Assembly (NCBI GenBank): GCA_030647325.1
Contig: JAUSJN010000070.1
Span: 1 to 56,720, forward strand
Length of the DNA stretch: 56,720 nt
Reading direction: 5' to 3'
DNA from: Nanobdellota archaeon
GTDB taxonomy: Archaea > Nanobdellota > Nanobdellia > Woesearchaeales > GW2011-AR9
Part shown: one piece after another, positions 48,376-56,720 of the stretch
Numbering within the stretch: position 1 is the first letter of the stretch
How the letters are laid out: every line of letters starts with the position of its first letter
Position numbers and translations under genes: made by a program
Notes under the pieces: generated by a model
Told to the model about the DNA's origin: nothing
Seen by the model: only the letters and a program-made list of their open reading frames with translations
The model's database searches: none

Positions 48376-49401
48376 GTGAAGCTCATGAAATACCGCATCA
48401 TCACCCACGGGAACTGTACGGATGGCTATTGCAGCGCTTTTGTGGTCAAAAAATTCTTCAATGTTTTCTTTGGAACAACCTTGACCGAGCAGGAAATCCA
48501 GGAGATCCCTGTCCTGGGAGTACAGCCGCAGGATATTCAGGCAGGAAAAGTCCATTTCTCTTCCGGAGATATCGTGGTTGACCTTCCTCCGTCGGAAACG
48601 AAAATCTTCTTCTGGTGCGACCATCATCTGACTAATAAACCAACCGCATCACTCCCTAAAAATTATCATTGGAAAGCCACTCCCAGCTGTAGCGGATTCC
48701 TGATCGATATCGCTCTTGAAAAAGGAGCTAAGTCCAGCAAGGAACTTCTGGAATTCAGGAAAGTCATCGATATTAATGACGGTGCTGCCTATACTAAAAA
48801 GGATATCAAGGATTGCTATTATAAACGTAAAAATTACCAGCAGCATTCCCCCCTCCAGAAATTGGCCATGATCGGATCGATGTTCAATACCCGTGACCGC
48901 ATCCTTAACGACGAGATCTTCCGGACCTTGCTTACTTCTGATCTGGGAGAGACTCCTCTCTCCAGCGAGTCATTATGGCAATTAAACCCATTGATATTTC
49001 ATCGCGCCCAGTTAGAAAGCTTTGAGCTATGGAGAAAGAATGTGGATACCTACCTCGCCTATGATGCAGAAGCGCAATGTGTGATACAAGATGATAGAAA
49101 AGCAAAAATTAATATTGGCGTCCCTGACCGGTTTTATTCTTACATGAAATTTCCTGAAGCAAGTTACCATGTGAATCTACGGATCATCGATGAAGAAAAA
49201 AAAGCGCGTGTTGGTATCGGTTCAAATATATTTCACAAAGAGCGCTGCAAAGTCAATATCAGCGAACTTTGCCAGGAATTGGGAAAGAAGTTTGGCGGTT
49301 CCGGCGGCGGGCATTTCTATGTCGGCGGAGCGGTAGTTAGGGCTGATAAAGTGGATGAAGCGCTCGCGTTCATTTTGGAAGCGTTTAAGAAGAAAGAGTA
49401 A
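48376..49401 (+). CDS. DHH/DHHA1-like phosphoesterase
   Basis: HGNCTDGYCSA, CDHHLTN and GGSGGGHFYVGGA resemble DHH motifs I, III and the DHHA1 GGGH motif. ATG at 48385 is the likely start. Confidence 0.6.
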   Translation: MKLMKYRIITHGNCTDGYCSAFVVKKFFNVFFGTTLTEQEIQEIPVLGVQPQDIQAGKVHFSSGDIVVDLPPSETKIFFWCDHHLTNKPTASLPKNYHWKATPSCSGFLIDIALEKGAKSSKELLEFRKVIDINDGAAYTKKDIKDCYYKRKNYQQHSPLQKLAMIGSMFNTRDRILNDEIFRTLLTSDLGETPLSSESLWQLNPLIFHRAQLESFELWRKNVDTYLAYDAEAQCVIQDDRKAKINIGVPDRFYSYMKFPEASYHVNLRIIDEEKKARVGIGSNIFHKERCKVNISELCQELGKKFGGSGGGHFYVGGAVVRADKVDEALAFILEAFKKKE

Positions 49402-49412
49402 TTGTCACAATA

Positions 49413-50219
49413 ATGATCTTCACGGTAATGTCCTACAACCTCGAAAGAGGATTTCATAGCCGCGATCACCTTCTCGAAGCGCATCGCCTACGGGCAGTGC
49501 AACATGCAGTCCAGCAGATCAAGCCGAATTTTCTGGCACTTACTGAAGCGTGTTACGGCGGTCCTAATTCGCAGGGGATCAAGATGGACTATCAATCGCT
49601 TTTTGATTTTAAGTATGGTCAATTTGGAAGCTATCCTGTAATAGGACCAAGAAAAAGTGATGAAGGCGGAAACTGTCTGTTATCGCAATTTCCGATGCAG
49701 GGCCAAGCGATACAATTATCCTACAAAGGAGCAGTCCGTGGGAAAGTTCAGCTGGAGGATAAAATTCTTACCGTTGAGGTGGTACATCCTTCCTATTCTG
49801 TTGATGATAAGGAAAAAATTTCAACCTTACGTCCGTTGATAAGCGGCCGTCAAGAGCCTTATCTTCTTACTGGAGATTTTAATACCGTCCATCCTGATGA
49901 TAAGTATGATTGGGATCAATTGGTCTGTGATCTACGGTCATATGATCCTGAAAAAGCAGCATGGATCGTGGAAAACTGGCGCAAAGCAGAGCTGGTCTCT
50001 TGGTTGCTTGAAAAGGGTCTTCATGATGCTTTTCCTCCTGAGTCCAGGCAATCGACGGTCCCCACTCCATATACCTATGGAAAAAAAATGGCTGGAGTGC
50101 GAATGGATTTCACTTTCCATTCTCCGGGTCTTAAAGTACTGGAAGCGTACGTCCTAAAGAATGAAGATACAGAAATTGCTTCAGACCATTATCCGATCGT
50201 GGTCAAGTTTGAGATGTGA
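49413..50219 (+). CDS. endonuclease/exonuclease/phosphatase (EEP) family protein, second copy
   Basis: SYNLE near the N-terminus, LTGDFN, and C-terminal SDHYPIV. 11-nt spacer after the DHH gene. Confidence 0.8.
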   Translation: MIFTVMSYNLERGFHSRDHLLEAHRLRAVQHAVQQIKPNFLALTEACYGGPNSQGIKMDYQSLFDFKYGQFGSYPVIGPRKSDEGGNCLLSQFPMQGQAIQLSYKGAVRGKVQLEDKILTVEVVHPSYSVDDKEKISTLRPLISGRQEPYLLTGDFNTVHPDDKYDWDQLVCDLRSYDPEKAAWIVENWRKAELVSWLLEKGLHDAFPPESRQSTVPTPYTYGKKMAGVRMDFTFHSPGLKVLEAYVLKNEDTEIASDHYPIVVKFEM

Positions 50220-50220
50220 T

Positions 50221-50586
50221 TTATTTCTTATAACACACATCACAGCCTTTCAGATCCCCTTCGATCTGGGCATGCAGCTTACACAATACTTTTGATTTCT
50301 TGATAAACTCGTTGATAGTTTGAATCTGATGGAAAGCACTTTCATTGTCAACTATTCTTTCAGCAGATTTTTTGATAAAGTCTTTTACTTCTGCGGGAAA
50401 AGTGATCTCTTTTGCTCTTTTCTCTGAAACATATTGAGAAACAGCGGCTTCAGTTATATTCAACAACTTAGCGATCTCTTTCTGTGCCTTTCCTTTTTCT
50501 TTTAGGGCTGCAACTAACTCTCTTCTTATCGCTGGCAGGATATACCAGACCTCAATTTCCTGAGGGTGTTGTGCGGGCACTTTCAT
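50221..50586 (-). CDS. HTH-domain transcriptional regulator with C-terminal Cys motif
   Basis: KAQKEIAKLLNITEAAVSQYVS helix-turn-helix. C-terminal C..H...C..C. Confidence 0.65.
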   Translation of the reverse strand: MKVPAQHPQEIEVWYILPAIRRELVAALKEKGKAQKEIAKLLNITEAAVSQYVSEKRAKEITFPAEVKDFIKKSAERIVDNESAFHQIQTINEFIKKSKVLCKLHAQIEGDLKGCDVCYKK

Positions 50587-50658
50587 GATAGTTATAAACT
50601 GTCGAGAAGTTAAAAATCTATTGGAGAAATATGTAAAAAGAAAATAAAAAAGAAAAAA

Positions 50659-51786
50659 CTAATTTAGCAGTTCAGCATCCACTAATCCGTAGCCAAACAG
50701 GTTATCCTTACCTACTGCACCAAGATCATCAGCAGTGTTTTGTAGTAATGCTCTTACTTCAACATTACTCATCAACGGATTTGCTTGGATAGCTAAAGCA
50801 GCAACTCCAGAAACGTGCGGGGTAGCCATGCTGGTTCCACTCAGAGTAGCATATCCTCCGTCCTTATAGGTAGACAGGATGCTTACACCAGGGGCAGCTA
50901 ATTCTACTTCTGGTCCGACATTGCTGAAAGATGCTAGATTGTTATTACTATCGGTTGCAGAAACAGCCACAACAGAATCGTAGGCAGCAGGGTAGGATAC
51001 CGCTCCGCCGTAATCATTACCGGCAGCCGCTACTAACAATACGCCGTCAGCATAAGCAGCATCAACTGCGTTATGGAATGCCTGCACATCTGAACTTGAA
51101 CCTAAACTCATGGATACTACCTTCGCACCGCTTTGCACGCAGTAATCAATCCCTGCGATAACATCGCTCAAATATCCGGATCCTTGCCGATTGAGAACTT
51201 TTGCTGCTAACAGCGAAGCGCTTGGCGCAACTCCAACTACCCCGATGGTATTATCAACTGCGGCAATCGTTCCTGCAACATGGGTTCCATGGCCATTATC
51301 ATCATCCCATTTAGTGGAATCAATAGTTGCTCCTTTAGCAACAAAGTTTTTACCGCCAACGATGTTTGCCTGCAAATCAGGATGGTCTTTATCGATTCCG
51401 GTATCAACGACGCAAACAGTTACGCCCAACCCAGTATTGTTTGAAAGCTCAGCATCTACCTTGTCAACTCCCCAGGGCAATTGCTGTGCCGGTTGGGAAG
51501 GAGCAGGTTTCCCAGAAGCATGAGCTTCTGCATCATATTCAACATTTACAACATTAGAATTTTGTAACAAGCCTTGAAGCGAATTTGCTGGTACTTCAAC
51601 CGCTAAGACGTTTTCAAGTAAAGCATAACTATGCAGAACTCTTCCACCTGCCTGGCTTACTACACCAGCATCTGGTTTTCCTTTAAATTCTAAAAATACT
51701 CGTACTTTCTCTGGATTTCCAGCTGCCGTTGCCAACGCTGACAACATCAGGATAGAAATCATCATTATAACAATTAATTTTTTCAT
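50659..51786 (-). CDS. secreted subtilisin-like serine protease (S8)
   Basis: Signal peptide, I9-like propeptide, catalytic D (VVDTGID), H (HGTHVAG) and S (GTSMATPH). Confidence 0.9.
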   Translation of the reverse strand: MKKLIVIMMISILMLSALATAAGNPEKVRVFLEFKGKPDAGVVSQAGGRVLHSYALLENVLAVEVPANSLQGLLQNSNVVNVEYDAEAHASGKPAPSQPAQQLPWGVDKVDAELSNNTGLGVTVCVVDTGIDKDHPDLQANIVGGKNFVAKGATIDSTKWDDDNGHGTHVAGTIAAVDNTIGVVGVAPSASLLAAKVLNRQGSGYLSDVIAGIDYCVQSGAKVVSMSLGSSSDVQAFHNAVDAAYADGVLLVAAAGNDYGGAVSYPAAYDSVVAVSATDSNNNLASFSNVGPEVELAAPGVSILSTYKDGGYATLSGTSMATPHVSGVAALAIQANPLMSNVEVRALLQNTADDLGAVGKDNLFGYGLVDAELLN

Positions 51787-51870
51787 ATTCTTACCTCCTA
51801 CTTCAGTTGATGAACTAAACTTGTGGTCGTCATTTAAATAGTTTGTGTTGTTAAATTGTGAAAAATTATT

Positions 51871-53007
51871 CTAGAAAACCTTCCTTAAAGAACTAATAAT
51901 CTCAGCAAGCACTTTCACAACAGTATCAACATCTTTTTTACTGCTATATCTGCCTAAACTAAAACGTATGCTTCCGCGAGCTGATCTCTCTGGCACTTTC
52001 ATCGCTTTCAAAACAGGGCTTACTGTGATTTCATTCGCAGTACAGGCACTTCCAGCAGATGCATAAATGCCTTTTTGATCCAGGTACGACAACACTGTCT
52101 CTGCTTCTGTTCCTTCAAATGATAGGTGAACATTGTTAGGTAACCTTTCTCTGGGATGTCCATTGAGAAAAGTATTTGGTATTTTTTTCATGACTTCAGA
52201 AATAAAATGATCCCGCAGCTTTTTCAATTTCGCATTCTCGCTTTCTTTTTCCTGCTGCGCTAATTCCAATGCTTTTGTGAATCCGGCAATTGCAGGGACA
52301 TTTTCTGTACTGGAACGCAATCCTGACTCCTGTCCTCCGCCATGAATCAATGGCTGGAGTTCTATGCCCTCTTTCACATAAAGTAATCCTGTTCCTTTTG
52401 GTCCATAGATCTTGTTGCTGTTCAAGGTCAATAGATCAACACTTAGATCTTTCACATTCAAATCCAATCCTCCAGCCTGACAGGCATCAGTATGAAATAA
52501 TACTTTTTTCTTTTTTGCGACAGCGGCGATCTCTTTGATCGGTTGGATAGCGCCCACTTCATGATTTGCATACATGATAGAGATCAAAATAGTTTTTTTG
52601 GTGATTGCCTTCTCCACCGCTTTAGGATCAACCCTTCCATACCTATCGACATCAAGATAGGTCACAGAAAATCCTTCTTGTTCCAGATACTTGCAGGTTT
52701 CCAACACCGCTTTATGCTCCACTTTGCTGGTGATGAGGTGCTTTCCTTTCTTTTGGTAAGCATGCGCGATTCCTTTAATTACAAGATTAATACTTTCAGT
52801 TCCGCTGGAAGTGAAAATAACTTTATCTTTCTCATTTGCATTCAAAATCTTCTTAACTTTTTCCCGAGAAACTTCTAATACTTCTTTCGCTTTCTTTCCG
52901 GCATCATGCATGCTGCTGGGATTGGCAAAATATCTTTCAACTTCAGTAATCACTTTACGAACTTCCTGTCGTACTGGTGTAGCTGCGGCATAGTCTAGGT
53001 AGATCAT
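51871..53007 (-). CDS. cysteine desulfurase (NifS/IscS-type, class V aminotransferase)
   Basis: SSGTESINL, HTDACQ, PLP-lysine SNKIYGPKG, catalytic SAGSACT. Confidence 0.9.
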   Translation of the reverse strand: MIYLDYAAATPVRQEVRKVITEVERYFANPSSMHDAGKKAKEVLEVSREKVKKILNANEKDKVIFTSSGTESINLVIKGIAHAYQKKGKHLITSKVEHKAVLETCKYLEQEGFSVTYLDVDRYGRVDPKAVEKAITKKTILISIMYANHEVGAIQPIKEIAAVAKKKKVLFHTDACQAGGLDLNVKDLSVDLLTLNSNKIYGPKGTGLLYVKEGIELQPLIHGGGQESGLRSSTENVPAIAGFTKALELAQQEKESENAKLKKLRDHFISEVMKKIPNTFLNGHPRERLPNNVHLSFEGTEAETVLSYLDQKGIYASAGSACTANEITVSPVLKAMKVPERSARGSIRFSLGRYSSKKDVDTVVKVLAEIISSLRKVF

Positions 53008-53008
53008 T

Positions 53009-53296
53009 TTAGACTCCCAGCATCTCCCGCAATTCTTCTGAAGGTTTCCACGGTGGTGTAAAGGTGACTTCGATGCTTACTTCTTCTGCCCCCTGCTCGA
53101 AGATCATCTTCTTCAGATCTTCCACCATCTGCGGCCCGAAAGGACACATCACGGAAGTGAAGGTCAGAACTACTTTCACTTTCTTCTCGTCTATCTTGGT
53201 TTCATAGATCAAACCTAAAGTCCAGACGTCGATGTTCAGTTCAGGATCTTCATATTTCTTGAAGACATTTTCGATCAATTGTTCTTTGGTTATCAT
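53009..53296 (-). CDS. SufT/MIP18-like (DUF59) Fe-S assembly protein
   Basis: LTFTSVMCPFGP motif. Embedded in the SUF operon. Confidence 0.8.
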   Translation of the reverse strand: MITKEQLIENVFKKYEDPELNIDVWTLGLIYETKIDEKKVKVVLTFTSVMCPFGPQMVEDLKKMIFEQGAEEVSIEVTFTPPWKPSEELREMLGV

Positions 53297-54060
53297 TTTG
53301 CCAATCCCTCGAACCCTTTCTCATTGATATGCTGTGCCAATTCATGGCCGCCGGTCTTCACAATTTTTCCGTGGTATAGGATGCTTACCTGATCCGGCTT
53401 CAGATATTCCAGGAATTTGCTGTAATGGGTGATCACGATGATCCCCATATCTTTTTCTTTACGTACTCTTTCGATCCCTTCCGCGACGGTCTTCATGGCG
53501 TCTACATCAAGTCCGGAATCGGTCTCATCTAATAACGCATAACTTGGTTCTAACATCGCCAATTGCAGTATTTCCATTCTCTTCTTCTCTCCGCCGGAAA
53601 ATCCTTGGTTAAGATAACGCTTGCTGAATGAGCTGTCAATCTTCAACTGCGCCATCTTCTCTTTCAATAATTTATGGAAATCAACCACTGAATAAGGCGC
53701 AAGATTTTTCTTTTCCCTTAGATTATTCACGGCAGTGCGCAGGAAATTGCTGATAGTCACCCCGGAAATTTCCGAAGGGTATTGGAAGGATAGAAACAGT
53801 CCTTTCTGTGCTCGCATTTCTGGTTTTGCCATAGTGATATCTTCTCCATCCAGCAAGATTTTTCCTTTGGTGATCTTATATTTCGGATGCCCCATCAAGG
53901 CGTGCGCTAAGGTAGATTTCCCTGAGCCATTTGGTCCCATCAGCGCATGCACTTTTCCGGGATAGAATGTAAGCGTAACCCCTTTGATGATCTCTTTTCC
54001 ATCCACTTCTACGTGTAGACCGACAATCTCTAATCTTTTCGTATCTTTCATGGTAATCAT
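53293..54060 (-). CDS. sufC: Fe-S cluster assembly ATPase SufC
   Basis: GPNGSGKST, FSGGEKKR and LLDETDSGLD. Start moved to ATG 54060 (ATGA overlap with the upstream stop) instead of the track start 54108. Confidence 0.9.
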   Translation of the reverse strand: MITMKDTKRLEIVGLHVEVDGKEIIKGVTLTFYPGKVHALMGPNGSGKSTLAHALMGHPKYKITKGKILLDGEDITMAKPEMRAQKGLFLSFQYPSEISGVTISNFLRTAVNNLREKKNLAPYSVVDFHKLLKEKMAQLKIDSSFSKRYLNQGFSGGEKKRMEILQLAMLEPSYALLDETDSGLDVDAMKTVAEGIERVRKEKDMGIIVITHYSKFLEYLKPDQVSILYHGKIVKTGGHELAQHINEKGFEGLAK

Positions 54061-55667
54061 ATCTCCTCCATAGCATGATGCAAGGTTTTCAGGGAGAGCA
54101 AAGCGCATTTTGTTCTGGTATGGCTGATAGGTATTCCTAGCAGACCGAATACTTCTTGCTGATTGAATCTCTTTGCATCTTCAACATTTTTTCCCTTCAG
54201 ATTTTCCGTCAATAAAGATGCAGAGGCTTGGCTGATCGCACAGCCATTCCCGGTGAATGAGATCTCCTCGATATTGTTTCCTTCAGTTTTGACGTAGATC
54301 GTGATGATGTCTCCACACAAGGGATTAACCTCGCGGTGTTTTACAGTATACTGCAGCATCTCTTTTTTATTCCTCGGAGATTTATAGTGGTCAATAACAT
54401 TCTCTTTATAGATTTCCTGCTCTTCGGTCAGATCACTGGGAGCAATTTCACTTCGATTAATAGTATTTGTTTCTGTTCCCATCTCTCCAACCATTTTCTT
54501 CACCGCTTCAACCAGGCGATCAACATCTTCCATAGTATTGTAAAGGTAAAATGAAACTCGGAGACTCCCATCTATCCCTAGTTTGGAAAACAATGGCATG
54601 GCACAATGGAATCCGCCGCGCACCGCAATGTTTTCCTTATCCAGCATTTCACTTGCATCGTGCGGGTGTATCCCTTCGACTGTAAAAGAAATGACTGGTC
54701 CTCTATTTTCAGTACTAGCTGGTCCAACAATGGTCACGTCGGGAATTGCAGACAGTTTTTCTAAAGCATATGCTGTCAATTCTTGTCCATGGGTAGTTAT
54801 GTTTTCCATGCCTGTCTCTTGCAGATACTCAATCGCTGCCATCAATCCTGCTGCACCGGCCAGGTTAGGAGTTCCTGCTTCAAATTTCCAGGGCAGGTCA
54901 TTCCAGCTTGCTCGTTCAAAGCTGACCTCGCGGATCATATCGCCTCCGAACAAGAAAGGCTGCATCTTTTCCAGCAATCCTTTTCTTCCATACAATACAC
55001 CTATTCCTGTCGGAGCGCACATCTTGTGTCCGGAGAATACCATGAAATCACAGCTCAATTCTTTCACATCTACTGGCATATGCGGAACGGATTGCGCAGC
55101 ATCAACGATCATCACTGCATCTACTTTATGTGCCATCTCTGCCAATTCTTTGACTGGATTGATGGTTCCCAACACGTTTGAGAGGTGTACCACAGAAACT
55201 ATCTTGGTTTTTTCTGTAATCAACTCTGTAGCTTTCTCCAGATCTAATCTAAAATATTTTGTGACAGGAATAAATTTTAATACTGCGCCTCTCTCTTCAG
55301 CGATCTGCTGCCAGGGAACAATATTGCTGTGATGTTCCATCTCGCTTAGGACTATCTCATCTCCTGCCTTCAAATTCTTTCCCAGAGAATATGCTAATAG
55401 ATTCAATCCTTCCGTGGTCCCTTTGGTAAAAATAACCTCTTCAAAATCAGCACCGATAAATTTCGCGACTGTTTCATGTGCTTTTTCGTACAACACTGTT
55501 GCTTTCTGTGCTAATTTGTAAATTCCCCGATGGACGTTGGCATTATCCTGCTCATAATATTCTTTTATTGCTAGGATTACTTTTGCTGGTTTCTGACTCG
55601 TGGAACTATTGTCGAGGTAAATTAAACCATTTTTCAGTATTGGGAAATCTTCTTTTGCAGTTATCAT
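54057..55667 (-). CDS. sufS: SufS cysteine desulfurase fused to a C-terminal SufU/IscU-like scaffold domain
   Basis: N-terminal about 400 aa: HHSNIVPWQ, SGHKMCAPTGIGVLYG, RGGFHCAMPL. C-terminal about 130 aa: NPLCGD, GNGCAISQASASL, TRTKCALLS. Confidence 0.85.
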   Translation of the reverse strand: MITAKEDFPILKNGLIYLDNSSTSQKPAKVILAIKEYYEQDNANVHRGIYKLAQKATVLYEKAHETVAKFIGADFEEVIFTKGTTEGLNLLAYSLGKNLKAGDEIVLSEMEHHSNIVPWQQIAEERGAVLKFIPVTKYFRLDLEKATELITEKTKIVSVVHLSNVLGTINPVKELAEMAHKVDAVMIVDAAQSVPHMPVDVKELSCDFMVFSGHKMCAPTGIGVLYGRKGLLEKMQPFLFGGDMIREVSFERASWNDLPWKFEAGTPNLAGAAGLMAAIEYLQETGMENITTHGQELTAYALEKLSAIPDVTIVGPASTENRGPVISFTVEGIHPHDASEMLDKENIAVRGGFHCAMPLFSKLGIDGSLRVSFYLYNTMEDVDRLVEAVKKMVGEMGTETNTINRSEIAPSDLTEEQEIYKENVIDHYKSPRNKKEMLQYTVKHREVNPLCGDIITIYVKTEGNNIEEISFTGNGCAISQASASLLTENLKGKNVEDAKRFNQQEVFGLLGIPISHTRTKCALLSLKTLHHAMEEI

Positions 55668-56720
55668 TTTCCTACCCTTTCTTGAATAGTATCCCGTATT
55701 TCTTCTCTAGTTTTCTCATGAGGTAATCTTTGCAAGATCGGATCCAAGAAAGCCATCACTAACATATGTTTTGCTCTTCCTTCATCCAATCCTCGGGAAA
55801 GCAGATAGAACAGCTGTTCCTCATCGATCTGCCCTACGGTCGTTCCATGCGAGCAAGAGACATCATCATTCTCGACTTCCAGGATAGGGATGGCATTACA
55901 ACGCGCTTCATCTCCCAGCAGCAGCAGGTCGGATCTCTGGTCGCCTTGACAATTGACGGAATTCTTTTCGACCCGTATGGTCCCGCGATGCATAGCTCTG
56001 GACTTATCGCTGAGAATCCCTTTCGCCAGCATCATTGACGTAGTGTTGCTATGTTCATGGAACGCAGTTGAATCGATATCGCCTTGCTGTGTTCCAGTAC
56101 CGACAATAGCCTGATACTGCTGTGCTGCTGCTCCTGCTTCCCGCAGATGGCTTCTTAGTTGAATCTGGGTAAATCCTTTTCCGATAGCAAAGTCAAACCA
56201 CTGGATACTTGCATCCCGTAATACTTCTGCACGTTTTGTAGTCAATGAATGTGTTCCTTCTGCTTCATCGTGGATGGTGCAATAGGTGATCTTAGCGTTT
56301 GCTTGAGCATAGATCTGGATGATCTGACTTTTGTAATGTGCTTCTATTGTTGAAGCGGTCTTTTCTACAACAGTCGCCTGGCTTCCCTCTTCTGCGATCA
56401 CCATAATATTTTCTGCAGAGGCCATGGTCTTTGCTTTAGAGTCAATGATGATTGGATCTTCAACTAGGGTGTGGTTTGGAATGATAATCACCGTAGCATC
56501 AGCAGCATGGGCGTAGTGCAAGGCTAATAATTTATTCTCGGTGGAGACTAATGTTTGTCCATACTTAGAAATAAATTCCTCTCCTAATTCTGAAAGCTTG
56601 CAGATTTTTACTCTTGCATCAGCGATGATCTCGGCATCTTCTGCTTTCTGCATCTCCGCAAATACTTTTTCCCAATCGACAGCAAGGTGTAATGAAAATC
56701 CATTCCCGTACTTGAAGGTA
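55664..56720 (-). CDS. SufB/SufD-family Fe-S assembly protein, 5' end outside the window
   Basis: The reading frame stays open upstream of the track ATG (56653) to the window edge (TFKYGNGFSLHLAVDWEKVFAEMQKA...). C-terminal SufBD beta-helix pattern (CSHGTTVGQIDEEQLFYLLSRGL). Confidence 0.8.
   Translation of the reverse strand, partial: TFKYGNGFSLHLAVDWEKVFAEMQKAEDAEIIADARVKICKLSELGEEFISKYGQTLVSTENKLLALHYAHAADATVIIIPNHTLVEDPIIIDSKAKTMASAENIMVIAEEGSQATVVEKTASTIEAHYKSQIIQIYAQANAKITYCTIHDEAEGTHSLTTKRAEVLRDASIQWFDFAIGKGFTQIQLRSHLREAGAAAQQYQAIVGTGTQQGDIDSTAFHEHSNTTSMMLAKGILSDKSRAMHRGTIRVEKNSVNCQGDQRSDLLLLGDEARCNAIPILEVENDDVSCSHGTTVGQIDEEQLFYLLSRGLDEGRAKHMLVMAFLDPILQRLPHEKTREEIRDTIQERVGK

Noticed and set aside
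47574-48404. 276-aa ORF antisense to the FlaI-like ATPase. The same applies to other long antisense ORFs: 54583-55332, 42856-43419, 41871-42266, 12563-13009, 6973-7392, 14341-14745, 15790-16203, 24418-24768.
   Set aside because: Each lies opposite a gene with clear family motifs. The products are Ser/Leu/Phe-rich with no motifs, typical shadow ORFs in AT-rich DNA.
54061-54108. N-terminal 16 codons of the track version of sufC
   Set aside because: They overlap the end of the SufS-SufU gene by 52 nt. The ATG at 54060 gives the usual ATGA coupling and a normal SufC N-terminus (MITMKD...LEI).

Overview
Gene-dense, AT-rich archaeal chromosomal segment. Archaeal identity is clear from TFB, aIF2-gamma, Orc1/Cdc6, SRP54, Sm+L37e, S17e, S15, GatD, SepF, PAC2 and XPD. 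Small genes and many short hypothetical membrane or Cys-rich secreted proteins suggest a small-genome (DPANN-like) archaeon; this is inference only. I call 72 CDS and 4 tRNA genes. Three CDS (rpl37e, an RHH protein, a Zn-ribbon peptide) fall below the ORF-track cutoff. All four tRNA genes are interrupted: two at non-canonical positions, and one intron carries box C/D-like motifs. TTTATAAATA-type TATA boxes lie about 25 nt upstream of start codons, so most mRNAs look leaderless. There is a tight 5-gene SUF Fe-S operon with a SufS-SufU fusion, and an orphan FlaI/VirB11-like ATPase followed by DHH and EEP phosphoesterases. The most unusual content is non-coding. At least seven intergenic loci (roughly 1.3 kb in total) are built from a shared kit of hairpin modules. 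The main module is a tandem pair of single-nucleotide-bulged hairpins (alpha-beta) that recurs 7 times with compensatory stem changes and is nested at different positions inside other repeated palindromic backbones. One locus lies directly upstream of orc1/cdc6, and one carries a 150-nt strongly GC-rich helical domain. Two genes (PAC2, aIF2-gamma) have their last codons duplicated in synonymous form on the far side of an insertion; one insertion is a 0.84-kb two-gene nucleotidyltransferase cassette. No rRNA, CRISPR array, integrase or transposase gene was seen.
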